This document shows positions 49,836 through 58,647 of a stretch of 64,000 bases of DNA, piece after piece. A model generated the notes under the pieces. That model was not told the origin of the DNA. It searched no databases and saw only the letters and a list, made by a program, of their open reading frames with translations. This DNA is from Thermomonas sp. (GTDB lineage Bacteria; Pseudomonadota; Gammaproteobacteria; Xanthomonadales; Xanthomonadaceae): assembly GCF_046293095.1 (NCBI RefSeq), contig NZ_JBKBPN010000008.1, forward strand, positions 10,162 to 74,161, read 5' to 3'. The position numbers and the translations under genes were made by a program. How positions within the stretch are numbered: position 1 is the stretch's first letter; each line of letters opens with the position of its first letter.

Positions 49836-51154
49836 CGGATATCTCCTTCGATGGCGCGCACGGCGGCGGCGCCCAACAGTTCGTCACGCAATGCATCGAC
49901 CCGTGCGAGGTCGGCGCCCTGCCATTCATTGAGTGCTTCCAGCAGCGTCCCGAAGTCGACTTCGCCGACCTGGTAGCTCGCCAGCGCCGACTGCCAGGTG
50001 GCGTCGGCCTGCGGCAGCAGCGTGTTCTGGATCAGTTGCCGGCGTTCGCGGGCGCTGGTCCACTGCGACCAGGCGGAAGCGCCTCGCTCCTCGACGGCCC
50101 GCAGCGTGGCGTCCCTGCGGGCCAGCGCGGCTTCCTCGAGCAGGCGCGATTCGCGCTCGCGCTCGCGGCGGGCGCGCTGCTGGAACGGGATCTCCACCTC
50201 GAGCATCAGCTCGGTACTCTGGATGCCGTTGCCCAGCTGCATCGCACCCACGCCGACGGTGATGTCGGGAAAGCGGTTGCGACGCTGCAGCACCACATTC
50301 GTGCGCGCGGCCTCGGCGCGGGCCTGCTGCGAACGGACCGCGGGGTGCGTGTCGGCGGCGTCCAGAGCCTCGGCAAGCGAAGCGCTGCGGACGGCAAGGC
50401 GCGGCGCCTCGTCGGGAGCCGCCAGCGGTGCATCGGAACGGCGCCCCAGCACCGCGTTCAAGGTGGCGGCCGCCTCCTGCTTGGCGGCGAGGCGTTCGAT
50501 CCGCTCGCGCTGCAGGCTGGTCTGCTCGACCTGGGCGCGGATGGCATCCTGCTGTGGCGCGCGGCCAAGGGCGTAGCGCACTCCCGCGATCTCTTCGACC
50601 TGGCGGAGCAGGGCGATGCGGCGATCGAGCACGGCTACCGCTTGATCGGCATGCCAATAACGTGCGTAGGCCGCCTCGGCGTCGGACAGCAGGTCGCGCG
50701 CCGCGGTGATGCGATCGAGCCCGATCGCGACCGCGTCCTGGCTGGCCGCAGTCCGCATCAGGTCGCGCTTGCCCCAGAGCGGGAAGCGCTGGCGCAGCGC
50801 GTAGTTGACCTCACGGTCGGCACCGACGGTGCGCCAGGGTTTGTCCGGATCGAGGCCGCGAAATCCCACTGAGGCCATTGGGTCGGGCAGGGCGCCCGCC
50901 GGCAGGATCCGCGCTTCGGCAGCCTGGGTTTCCAAGCCCATGGCCCGAAGCTCGGGGTTGTGTTCGAGCACCCAGGTCCGGATCGACTCGAGACTGTGTC
51001 CCGGGATGGGCTCGGTTGCGGTCACCGGCAGCGCCAGCGCCCACAAGGCGCCGGCGAGCACGCAGGCGAGCAGGCGCCGCCGCGGTGGCCGCTGGCAGGA
51101 CAGCGGGTGGCAGTGCAGGCGGCTGGCCTGCCACAGGTAGAACGGAGATGCCAT
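49832..51154 (-). CDS. cusC: Cu/Ag RND outer-membrane factor
   Basis: TolC-family repeats. 4-nt overlap with cusB. Start at the ATG at 51152-51154, which leaves a long n-region before the hydrophobic signal, so the start is uncertain. Confidence 0.8.
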   Translation of the reverse strand: MASPFYLWQASRLHCHPLSCQRPPRRRLLACVLAGALWALALPVTATEPIPGHSLESIRTWVLEHNPELRAMGLETQAAEARILPAGALPDPMASVGFRGLDPDKPWRTVGADREVNYALRQRFPLWGKRDLMRTAASQDAVAIGLDRITAARDLLSDAEAAYARYWHADQAVAVLDRRIALLRQVEEIAGVRYALGRAPQQDAIRAQVEQTSLQRERIERLAAKQEAAATLNAVLGRRSDAPLAAPDEAPRLAVRSASLAEALDAADTHPAVRSQQARAEAARTNVVLQRRNRFPDITVGVGAMQLGNGIQSTELMLEVEIPFQQRARRERERESRLLEEAALARRDATLRAVEERGASAWSQWTSARERRQLIQNTLLPQADATWQSALASYQVGEVDFGTLLEALNEWQGADLARVDALRDELLGAAAVRAIEGDIR

Positions 51155-51279
51155 ATCAGTGTCCTTGGGCCGACGCGACGCAGTCGCTCGGCCGGGGCAG
51201 GAACACATGCCGTGACGCGCACGGCACGAACGCACAGCACTGCACCGCACAGGCGTGCGGCGCAGTCAGCGTTCGGGCA

Positions 51280-51699
51280 TCAGATCAGCAGGAGGGCCGC
51301 GGGATGCGCGGTGGGTCGGTGCCAGGCAGGCGTGGGTGGCGAATCGACCCATGTGGACGTAACCCCGGGGCCACCGTCCGCGACTTCCGCGACCGCGAAC
51401 CAGGAGAACCACACGCCGACAAGCAGCGGCGGAACCGGCGGGATGCGTCCGCTGTCTGCCGAGAGGTCGCCTTCGCTGCAGTGCGCGGTACACAGTGCCT
51501 CGTCAGCCGAGGGAAGCTCGGCGCCACAACCGTGACCGTGGTCGTGGTGGGTGTCCGCGTCGGCCGCGACTGCGGCGGTTGTGGCCTTGAGATCCAGACA
51601 GCCGCCATGACCGGCCAGTGCGAACTGGGACCAGAGCAACGCCACCATCGCGAGGAGGGCAGTGCGCTTGAACCAGTTCCGATGGCGAAGGCGGATCAT
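51280..51699 (-). CDS. small Cys/His-rich CopL/DUF2946-like protein preceding cusCBA
   Basis: 139 aa with signal/TM ALLAMVALLWSQFALAGHGGC and clusters DTHHDHGHGC and CTAHCSEG. It occupies the same position relative to cusCBA as copL does to copAB. Confidence 0.55.
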   Translation of the reverse strand: MIRLRHRNWFKRTALLAMVALLWSQFALAGHGGCLDLKATTAAVAADADTHHDHGHGCGAELPSADEALCTAHCSEGDLSADSGRIPPVPPLLVGVWFSWFAVAEVADGGPGVTSTWVDSPPTPAWHRPTAHPAALLLI

Positions 51700-51831
51700 G
51701 GTCGGAGCTTACTCTTTGTCTGATCCGGTGCAACTGATCCAGATCAATTTCTGGTCAGGAACAGAGACGGCGGGGGAGTTCGTGCCGATGCTCGGCGGGG
51801 GAGGGACCATCAAGACTATGCGCCATCGCGC

Positions 51832-52767
51832 TCAGGCAGCCGCGGGGCTGAGCGTTCCCAGCACAGAAACGACGATCAGGATCAGGATGGCCAGTGCTGC
51901 TTCAGCCGCGACACTCTGCCGCAGGGCGCGCACCTCCTGCACAGGATCGCCGCTTTCCAAGGCGCGTCCCAGGCGCGGCACCAGCGTCCAGCGGTGCAAT
52001 GCACCCAGACCCAGCATGCCTCCGAACAGGGCAAGCTTCACCAGCAGCAGGTTCCCGTACGTGCTCTCGAGCAGTGTCGACAACGACCATGCGGTGAGAT
52101 CACCGTAGTGCGTGATGCCGGACACGATGAGCGCAGCGACGAAGACCGTGCCGAGCGTCGAGAATCCGTGCAGAAGATCATGCGTCGTTCGAAGGTGCCC
52201 ACTGCCGGAGACCGCCTCCCTGCGCAGGAGCAGGCCCAGGAACACCAGTACCGCGGCAACCCAGCCGCCTGCCGCGAGAAGGTGGACCAGGCCCGCAGCA
52301 AGCCGCAGCGCACCGGACGCGCCTTCACCGGCGGCGGCGTGGCCGTTCCATGCCAGCGTAGCAAGTGCGCCGCCCGCCAGCATTGCCAGCCGCGGAAAGG
52401 CGGACTCCACCTTTCCGCGGCGGCGCTGCCATCCGAGCACGACGATCAGGATGACCAGCAATGCGCCCCTCGCTGTCGCTGCCAGGCCTGCGGACGTCTC
52501 GAACAAATACCAGCCCAGCGATGCGCGATCGACGTCGGCAACCGGCATCCCCAAGATGCTCGCGGTCTTGACCACGACGTCGGTCCCGGTGAGCATGAGA
52601 CCGACGGCGGCACCCAGCAACAGAACTCCCCTGAGCGGCCAATCGCTCAAGGCGTCGGCGATGGCGGTTCGATGCGAACCGTACCATCCGAACAATGGCA
52701 CCCCGAACAGGACCATCAGGACCAGATACTCGAGGAACCGCAACACGTACGCCGCCGGGTCGAACAT
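51832..52767 (-). CDS. copD: copper resistance membrane protein CopD
   Basis: 311 aa, about 8 TM helices, immediately downstream of copC. Confidence 0.8.
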   Translation of the reverse strand: MFDPAAYVLRFLEYLVLMVLFGVPLFGWYGSHRTAIADALSDWPLRGVLLLGAAVGLMLTGTDVVVKTASILGMPVADVDRASLGWYLFETSAGLAATARGALLVILIVVLGWQRRRGKVESAFPRLAMLAGGALATLAWNGHAAAGEGASGALRLAAGLVHLLAAGGWVAAVLVFLGLLLRREAVSGSGHLRTTHDLLHGFSTLGTVFVAALIVSGITHYGDLTAWSLSTLLESTYGNLLLVKLALFGGMLGLGALHRWTLVPRLGRALESGDPVQEVRALRQSVAAEAALAILILIVVSVLGTLSPAAA

Positions 52768-52777
52768 GTCGGGATCC

Positions 52778-53161
52778 TCAGCGCACAGTGAAGCTGAAGC
52801 TGCCCGTCATCGGGTGGTTGTCGCCCCCAACGGCGCGGTATTCCACGCGATAGGCACCCGCAGCCAGTGGCTTGGGCAGCTTGGCACGCAGCGTCTTGCC
52901 GTTGTTGACGATCTCGGTCGTGAAATTCTCGACCGGCATGGTGGAGCTGCCGTGCTTCATGAGCAACTTGAGGCGCGAGGCCCGCGGAATCAGCGTTTCG
53001 TTGAATACCAGATCAATCTGGCTCGGCGAGGCCACCACCGCATTTGCCGCCGGCGTGGACTGCTGCAGCGCGGCGTGGGCGTGGGCAACTTGCAGCGAGA
53101 ACTGGCCCGCTGCGATCGCGAAGACGAGCGCCATGGAGCGAAAAACGTTTGACAAGTTCAT
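52778..53161 (-). CDS. copC: periplasmic copper-binding protein CopC
   Basis: Signal peptide followed by a mature N-terminal HA(A)L sequence (AHAHAALQQSTPAANAVV). It has a CopC beta-sandwich length of 127 aa. Confidence 0.85.
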   Translation of the reverse strand: MNLSNVFRSMALVFAIAAGQFSLQVAHAHAALQQSTPAANAVVASPSQIDLVFNETLIPRASRLKLLMKHGSSTMPVENFTTEIVNNGKTLRAKLPKPLAAGAYRVEYRAVGGDNHPMTGSFSFTVR

Positions 53162-53225
53162 ATCGATGATCCTCGTTGCGAAGGTGGTGCAATGCCTCCG
53201 TTCGGCGGCATTGCTTGGTGGCTGT

Positions 53226-53750
53226 TCAGTGCTGTGAGAACGGCTCAGTGGTTCCGTCGTGCCGGACCAGTTCGACCGTGTACGGCTGCTGGCGCCCGTC
53301 CGGCACCTCCATGCCGGGCGAACCGAGCGGCATTCCCGGCAGGACTAGGCCGCGTGCGTCCGGCTTCTCTGCAAGCAGGCGCTTGATGTCCTCGGCCGGG
53401 ATATGGCCCTCGATGAGGTATCCGCCGACCTCGGCCGTATGGCAGGAGCCCTTGGCATAGGGAACACCCAGGCGCTCCTTGACCGGACCCAGGTCGTCCA
53501 TGTCATGCACATCCACGGTGAAGCCTGCTTTTTTCACGTGGTCGATCCAGCTGCCGCAGCACCCGCAGGTCGGGGTCTTGTGGACGGTCATGCGGGGCAG
53601 GGCAGCGGGAGTCGCGTCGGCTGTTTCCTGGACGACCTGTGCAGCGGGCGCGATGGTGGATTGCGTGGGTGTAGCCGCCTGGGTGCAAGCACCCAGGCCC
53701 GCCACCGCAAAGGCAACCCAGGTCAGGCGGTTCAATCTGTAAGCCTTCAT
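53226..53750 (-). CDS. copG: DUF411 metal-binding protein (CopG-like)
   Basis: Signal peptide, then TCGCCGSWIDHVKKAGF and GSCHTAEVGGYLIEGHIP, which are DUF411 signatures. Start at the ATG at 53748-53750. Confidence 0.8.
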   Translation of the reverse strand: MKAYRLNRLTWVAFAVAGLGACTQAATPTQSTIAPAAQVVQETADATPAALPRMTVHKTPTCGCCGSWIDHVKKAGFTVDVHDMDDLGPVKERLGVPYAKGSCHTAEVGGYLIEGHIPAEDIKRLLAEKPDARGLVLPGMPLGSPGMEVPDGRQQPYTVELVRHDGTTEPFSQH

Positions 53751-53764
53751 TTCGGAGTCCCCGC

Positions 53765-54277
53765 TCAGCGTTTGGTTCGCGAGGACCAATGGATGTGGAC
53801 GATGCGCCAGCCGTCCGCGGTCTGTTGCAGCACCATCGTCTCGGTGCTCTGGACGGTCAGTGGCTTGCCGTCCTTCTTGGCGTGCAGCTCGCTTTCGGTG
53901 CCGACCCAAGCGAACTCGCCCGCGACCCGTGCACGCTGGCGGAGCAGCTGGCGATGCGCGCCCTTGAGGAATGCCGCATCGCTGACGGCGTGGTGGCCCA
54001 TGTATTCCTCGCGGCTGCGCTCGGCGCCTCCGGATTCCAGGATGAGGACGTCGGCTGCGAGCAGCGCTTCGACCGTGGCCATGTCACCGCTGGACAGCGC
54101 GCCGTGGAAGCGTTCGGCCACCGCGACCGCGGCTGTTGCGTCGGTAGGAACATCCACGTCCGCGCTGGCCGCGGCGACGGGGTGATGTTGTGCATGGGAC
54201 TGCGTCGCCTTTGCCATCGCTGGCGGCACGATGGCGAGCGCCAGGGCGAGGGTGATGGAAGTTGTCATTGCGTTCAT
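53765..54277 (-). CDS. NTF2/SnoaL-like (DUF4440-type) exported protein in the cop cluster
   Basis: Signal peptide. VAERFHGALSSGDMATVEALLAADVLILESGG ... WRIVHIHWSS matches the SnoaL/DUF4440 fold pattern. It occupies the copM slot of the Xanthomonas copLABMGCD order (from memory). Confidence 0.6.
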   Translation of the reverse strand: MNAMTTSITLALALAIVPPAMAKATQSHAQHHPVAAASADVDVPTDATAAVAVAERFHGALSSGDMATVEALLAADVLILESGGAERSREEYMGHHAVSDAAFLKGAHRQLLRQRARVAGEFAWVGTESELHAKKDGKPLTVQSTETMVLQQTADGWRIVHIHWSSRTKR

Positions 54278-54368
54278 GCAGAGACTCCAGTAGATCGATG
54301 GTTGTGTGCTTGCCAGCCGTCACAGTCAGGCGTGGTTCGGGTGTCGGGTTTCAATGTGCGTTTGCCTG

Positions 54369-55451
54369 TCAGAACCAGATACGAACGCCCGCCACGATCC
54401 GGGTGTCGTCGATGTCCCCGGACTGCGCGCGACGCTGATCCGCGGTTCGGCCATAAGCGCGTTCCCAGACCACGCCGAGGTAGGGCGCAAACCGGCGATG
54501 GAACTCGTAGCGCAGGCGGAAACCGGCTTCGACCTTGCTCAGTCCGCTGCCGATGCCAACCGCCGGATCGTCCTTGCTCCATGCTTCGCCCTCGACCAGC
54601 CACTGGCCGATCAGGCGGTTGGTGAACAGCGTTTCGTATTCGGCTTCCGCGCCGAGTCCGACCTGGCCGGACTGCCCGAGATAGGCGGTCGCCTTGATTT
54701 CAAACTTGTACGGGGCAAGGCCGATGACGCCGAGCGCGGCATAGGTGCGCGACAGGGCGCCGCCAAAGCCGAAGTCATGGCGAATGCCGGCGACGGCGTC
54801 CCACCAGGGGGCGATCGCGCGGCCGTACAGGACTTCCACATCCGCCGATTCGGTAGAGCCGCCTGCACGCTCGCCCTCGCTGCGGAGCCAGAGCCGGTTC
54901 AAGTCGGAGCCGACCCAGCCTTGCGCTTCCCAGAACATGCCGGTGCCGCGCTCATCCGCGTCCCACGCTTCAAGCCGGTCAAGCGACCAGTACGAGTTGA
55001 TCGATTCGCCGTGCATCACGTGGGCGTCGAGTGGTTGGAACGCGGCGGCCCGATCTGCCGGTGTAACGACCGGGATGGGCTCGCGCGGCTCGGCCGTGGC
55101 TGGAAGATCCTGGCTGGCAGCAGGCTGATGAACCATCGACGAGTGGTCCATCTTGGAGTGATCATCGCCAGCCATGACTGCGGCCCCTTGCTTCATGGCG
55201 CCGTGGCCCATGTTGGCGTGGTCCATCGCCCCCTCGTCCTCGGAACTCCTGGCGGGCGGGCTCGGCTGGTGGCCGGCATGCGGGTCCACAGGCTTGGCCG
55301 GCGGCTGGCTTGCAGCGGGTTTCGCTGGCGGCTGGTGCGCCGCATGGTCCGCCTGCTGCGCCCACACCGGCGCGATGCCGGCTGCGAGTGATAGTGCAGA
55401 GGCCAGGCCGATGGCCAGAGAATGGCGGTGGGAACGGATCATGGCGTTCAT
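54369..55451 (-). CDS. copB: copper resistance outer-membrane protein CopB
   Basis: Signal peptide, a Met/His-rich N-terminal region (DHANMGHGAM..DHSKMDHSSMVH), a C-terminal beta-barrel and a terminal WF. ATGA overlap with copA. Confidence 0.85.
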   Translation of the reverse strand: MNAMIRSHRHSLAIGLASALSLAAGIAPVWAQQADHAAHQPPAKPAASQPPAKPVDPHAGHQPSPPARSSEDEGAMDHANMGHGAMKQGAAVMAGDDHSKMDHSSMVHQPAASQDLPATAEPREPIPVVTPADRAAAFQPLDAHVMHGESINSYWSLDRLEAWDADERGTGMFWEAQGWVGSDLNRLWLRSEGERAGGSTESADVEVLYGRAIAPWWDAVAGIRHDFGFGGALSRTYAALGVIGLAPYKFEIKATAYLGQSGQVGLGAEAEYETLFTNRLIGQWLVEGEAWSKDDPAVGIGSGLSKVEAGFRLRYEFHRRFAPYLGVVWERAYGRTADQRRAQSGDIDDTRIVAGVRIWF

Positions 55452-57286
55452 TCCTCCACCCGCACTTCGCGGAACATGCCGGCTTCCATGTGGTAGAGCA
55501 GGTGGCAGTGGTAGGCCCAACGGCCAAGGGCATCGGCACGCACCCGGTAGCTGCGCCGGGTGCCGGGCGGCATGTCGATGGTGTGCTTGCGCACCATGAA
55601 GTTGCCCGATTCGTCCTCGAGGTCGCTCCACATGCCGTGGAGATGGATCGGGTGCGACATCATCGTGTCGTTGACCAGCACGATCCGCAGGCGCTCGCCG
55701 TAGTTCAGGCGCAGCGGCTGTGCGTCGGCGAACTTCACGCCGTTGAACGACCAGGAGAAGCGCTCCATGTGTCCGGTCAGGTGCAGCTCGATCGTGCGCC
55801 CGGGCTCGCGCCCGTCGGGGTCGCGGAAGGTGCTGCGCAGATCGGCGTAGGTCAGCACACGGCGACCGTTGTCGCGCAGGCCGATGCCCGGGTCATCCAA
55901 CCTGGGCACGGGCGCCATCGTCTGCATGTCGACCAGGGGATTGCCGGTTTCGGTGACAGGGTGTTCCTGCATCCCGCCGCCACCGTGGTCCATGCCGGCC
56001 ATGCTGCCGCCGGCTGTCGCATTGGAGGACATTGACGACATGTCGTGGCCGCTGTGATCCATTCCGGCCATGGCACCGCCGGCCATCGACGACATGTCGT
56101 GGCCGCCGCCACCCATTCCGCCATGGCCCATGTCGTCCATGCTGAGGATCGGCTTTGGGTCGACGCTCGGAATCGGCGCGCGCAAGCCTTCCCTGGCCGC
56201 GAGGGTGCCGCTGATGTAGCCGGAGCGGCCGCTGTCCTGGGCGAAGATGGTGAATGCATCCTGCCCGGTGGGTTCGACAATGACGTCGAAGGTCTCGGCG
56301 GTGGCGATGCGGAACTCGTCAACGGTCACCGGACGCACGTACTGGCCATCGGCCGCGACCACGGTCATCTTCAGGCCGGGAATACGCACGTCGAAGTACG
56401 TCATCGCGGAGCCGTTGATGAAGCGCAGGCGCACCTTCTCGCCCGACCGAAACAGCCCGGTCCAGTTGCCGAGCGAGGTCGTGCCGTTCATGAGGTAGGT
56501 ATAGGTGTTGGCGTTGACGTCCGACAGGTCGGTCGGCGTCATCCGCATCTGGCCCCACATCTTGCGGTCTTCGACGGTAGCGGCCAGGCCGTTCTGCTCC
56601 ACGTCGTGGAAGAAATCGCCAACCGTCCGCTTGGAAAAGTTGTCGAAATCCGAGCGCTTCTTGAGCCGGGCGAACAGGCGCTTCGCATCAAGATCGGTCC
56701 AGTCGCTGAGCATGACCACGTAATCGCGGTCATATGCGAACGGTTCGGGTTCCAGCGGCTCGATGATCAGCGGCCCGTAGAGGCCGGCCTGCTCCTGGAA
56801 GCCGGAATGGCTGTGGTACCAGTAGGTGCCGCCCTGCACGACGTCGAAGCGGTATTGATACGTCTCGCCGCGGTTGATGCCGTTGAAGCTGAGCCCGGGC
56901 ACGCCGTCCATGTTGGCCGGCAGCAGGATCCCGTGCCAGTGGATCGACGCCTGGCTGCCATGGATGGAGCCGGCGGGCAGGGCATTGCGGACCCGCAGGT
57001 TGACGGTGGTGCCTTCGCGCCAGCGCAGCAGCGGTGCCGGAATGGATCCGTTGACCGTGATCGCGGTGCGCGTGGCGCCGGTGAAGTTCATCGGCGTCTC
57101 GCCGATGGTCAGGTCGAAGTCGGTGCCCGAGAGCACGTTGGGTACGCCCTCGGCCTGGACGGCCCAGCTCGAACGGGGCCAGAGGCCGAGTGCCGCAACG
57201 GCGCCGCCGGCGGCTAGTCCCTGAACAAAGAGGCGGCGCGACGGGACAGACAGCCCCTCGGCACGGCCGAAAGAATCGGAAGACAT
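55448..57286 (-). CDS. copA: copper resistance multicopper oxidase CopA
   Basis: Tat signal (SRRLFVQGLAAGGAVAALG), Cu sites HWHG and HCHLLYHMEAGM, and a Met/Gly/His-rich insert (MGHGGMGGGGHDMSSM). Confidence 0.9.
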   Translation of the reverse strand: MSSDSFGRAEGLSVPSRRLFVQGLAAGGAVAALGLWPRSSWAVQAEGVPNVLSGTDFDLTIGETPMNFTGATRTAITVNGSIPAPLLRWREGTTVNLRVRNALPAGSIHGSQASIHWHGILLPANMDGVPGLSFNGINRGETYQYRFDVVQGGTYWYHSHSGFQEQAGLYGPLIIEPLEPEPFAYDRDYVVMLSDWTDLDAKRLFARLKKRSDFDNFSKRTVGDFFHDVEQNGLAATVEDRKMWGQMRMTPTDLSDVNANTYTYLMNGTTSLGNWTGLFRSGEKVRLRFINGSAMTYFDVRIPGLKMTVVAADGQYVRPVTVDEFRIATAETFDVIVEPTGQDAFTIFAQDSGRSGYISGTLAAREGLRAPIPSVDPKPILSMDDMGHGGMGGGGHDMSSMAGGAMAGMDHSGHDMSSMSSNATAGGSMAGMDHGGGGMQEHPVTETGNPLVDMQTMAPVPRLDDPGIGLRDNGRRVLTYADLRSTFRDPDGREPGRTIELHLTGHMERFSWSFNGVKFADAQPLRLNYGERLRIVLVNDTMMSHPIHLHGMWSDLEDESGNFMVRKHTIDMPPGTRRSYRVRADALGRWAYHCHLLYHMEAGMFREVRVEE

Positions 57287-57390
57287 GGAAACTCCGGGAA
57301 AAGGTCGAAGGCTCGCGAAGCGAGCATTACTCTGTCAGTGCGGAACTCACGGACAGATCCAGCGGCGCCGATGACGGCGCGCCGCGACAC

Positions 57391-57813
57391 TTAGCCGATC
57401 GGAGGTCGCAGGAGGTTGGCCCGGGCCGCGGATGCGTGCCCGGACAGGAAAGGTTCGGCGGTCTGCCGGTAGCCGGTGCTGAGGTCGGCAAGCATCGACC
57501 AGGCAAGTGCCGCTGAGCAATGGTGCATGCATGCGCAGCAATCGCCCGCCCGGCAGCAGTCATCCGCTGGCGATGCGTCGCCGGCCTCATTCGTAGCCTG
57601 CGGGGGGCCGTGATCCACGGCCGCTGGAGCGGTCGCTTCGGCCCCGTGGCAGGCGGTTATTGCCTCTGCTGCTGCCTGCACCGCAGCCACGTCAGACAGA
57701 TCGCCGGAGTTGCGCAGGTGCTCCAGATGCATGGACGCGCCCGCGACGCCCGGACCGTTGGCCAAAAGCGCAACGACCAGGAACAACCGCATCAGGAGCG
57801 CACGCAGAGCCAT
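57391..57813 (-). CDS. copL: CopL-family Cys/His-rich regulatory protein
   Basis: 140 aa with a signal/TM segment, a DDCCRAGDCCACMHHC cluster and a C-terminal LLRPPIG. It lies directly upstream of copAB, as in Xanthomonas copLAB. Confidence 0.7.
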   Translation of the reverse strand: MALRALLMRLFLVVALLANGPGVAGASMHLEHLRNSGDLSDVAAVQAAAEAITACHGAEATAPAAVDHGPPQATNEAGDASPADDCCRAGDCCACMHHCSAALAWSMLADLSTGYRQTAEPFLSGHASAARANLLRPPIG

Positions 57814-57881
57814 GCACCCGATTATACATCCGCATGTAAACGTGGAATGAATGCAGCGATACCAGGCGAGTGCAGTAGTCA

Positions 57882-57901
57882 GCTTTCGACCCAAAGCAGA
57901 C
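57882..57901 (+). repeat. 20-mer junction repeat, copy 2 (GCTTTCGACCCAAAGCAGAC)
   Basis: 19/20 identity to copy 1. It lies 69 nt beyond the copL start, at the right edge of the metal block. Confidence 0.8.
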
Positions 57902-57929
57902 GTTGCCTCCTCGATGCTCGCGCAAGGCT

Positions 57930-58448
57930 CTACAGCGCCGGCAAGAGGTCGTGGGTCAGCAGCTTGAACGTCAGCATGTGCGGCTGCCGTTCGTTGTAGT
58001 TGGTGGTAGTGATCACGACCACGGCGTGCATTTTCGGCAGCAGGAACACCGCGTTTCCGCCGGTGCCGGCCATCGTAGGCACCGTGATGGTCGCATCGCC
58101 ATACGAAATCTTCATCAGCCACCACAGGCAACCGTAGTCCGCGTCCTCACGCGCCATCGCCTGTGCGTTGATCGAGCGTTGGACCCACTCGGCTGGAATG
58201 AGTTGCTTGCCACCGTAGCGCCCGCCATCAAGGTACAACTGGCCGAGCTTCCACAGGTCGCGGGTTCGCAGGCCAAAACCACCCCCGGCCTGGGCCAGTC
58301 CCAATGGGGAGACTACCATTCGGGCGTCTGGATGCCCTGCGGATCGAACAGCCGACGTTGCGCGTAGCTCTGCAAGGGTTCGTGCACCGCGCATTAGACG
58401 ACCCGGCAATCTCGAACCCAAAGAGTCTGCCGGATCGGCCGAGCGCAT
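57930..58448 (-). pseudogene. C-terminal fragment of a serine hydrolase (beta-lactamase/PBP fold)
   Basis: GGGFGLRTRDLWKLGQLYLDGGRYGGKQLIPAEWV ... YGCLWW ... matches the C-terminal third of class-C-type serine hydrolases. No SxxK-containing N-terminal part is present. Confidence 0.5.
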
Positions 58449-58478
58449 CTCTACGCTCAGTTGGGATGACCACGAAAA

Positions 58479-58498
58479 ACGGCCCGCGAAAGCGGGCC
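58479..58498 (-). terminator. orphan hairpin terminator (T-run on minus strand)
   Basis: CGGCCCGCGAAAGCGGGCCG is preceded on the plus strand by GAAAAA, which is a T-run on the minus strand. No intact minus-strand gene ends just upstream of it. Confidence 0.5.
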
Positions 58499-58647
58499 GT
58501 CGAAGAAGTGGGGCGGAATTCGCGGCGGGAGCAAGCCCAGGCCCGCGCTCCTTTCCCCTTTAGTTTTCGGATGACCCGAAGGTCAGGCGTCTAGTATAAC
58601 GAGCAGGCTGCGCCGAATGTCAAGCCACCCCTCACCGGACTGAATGC

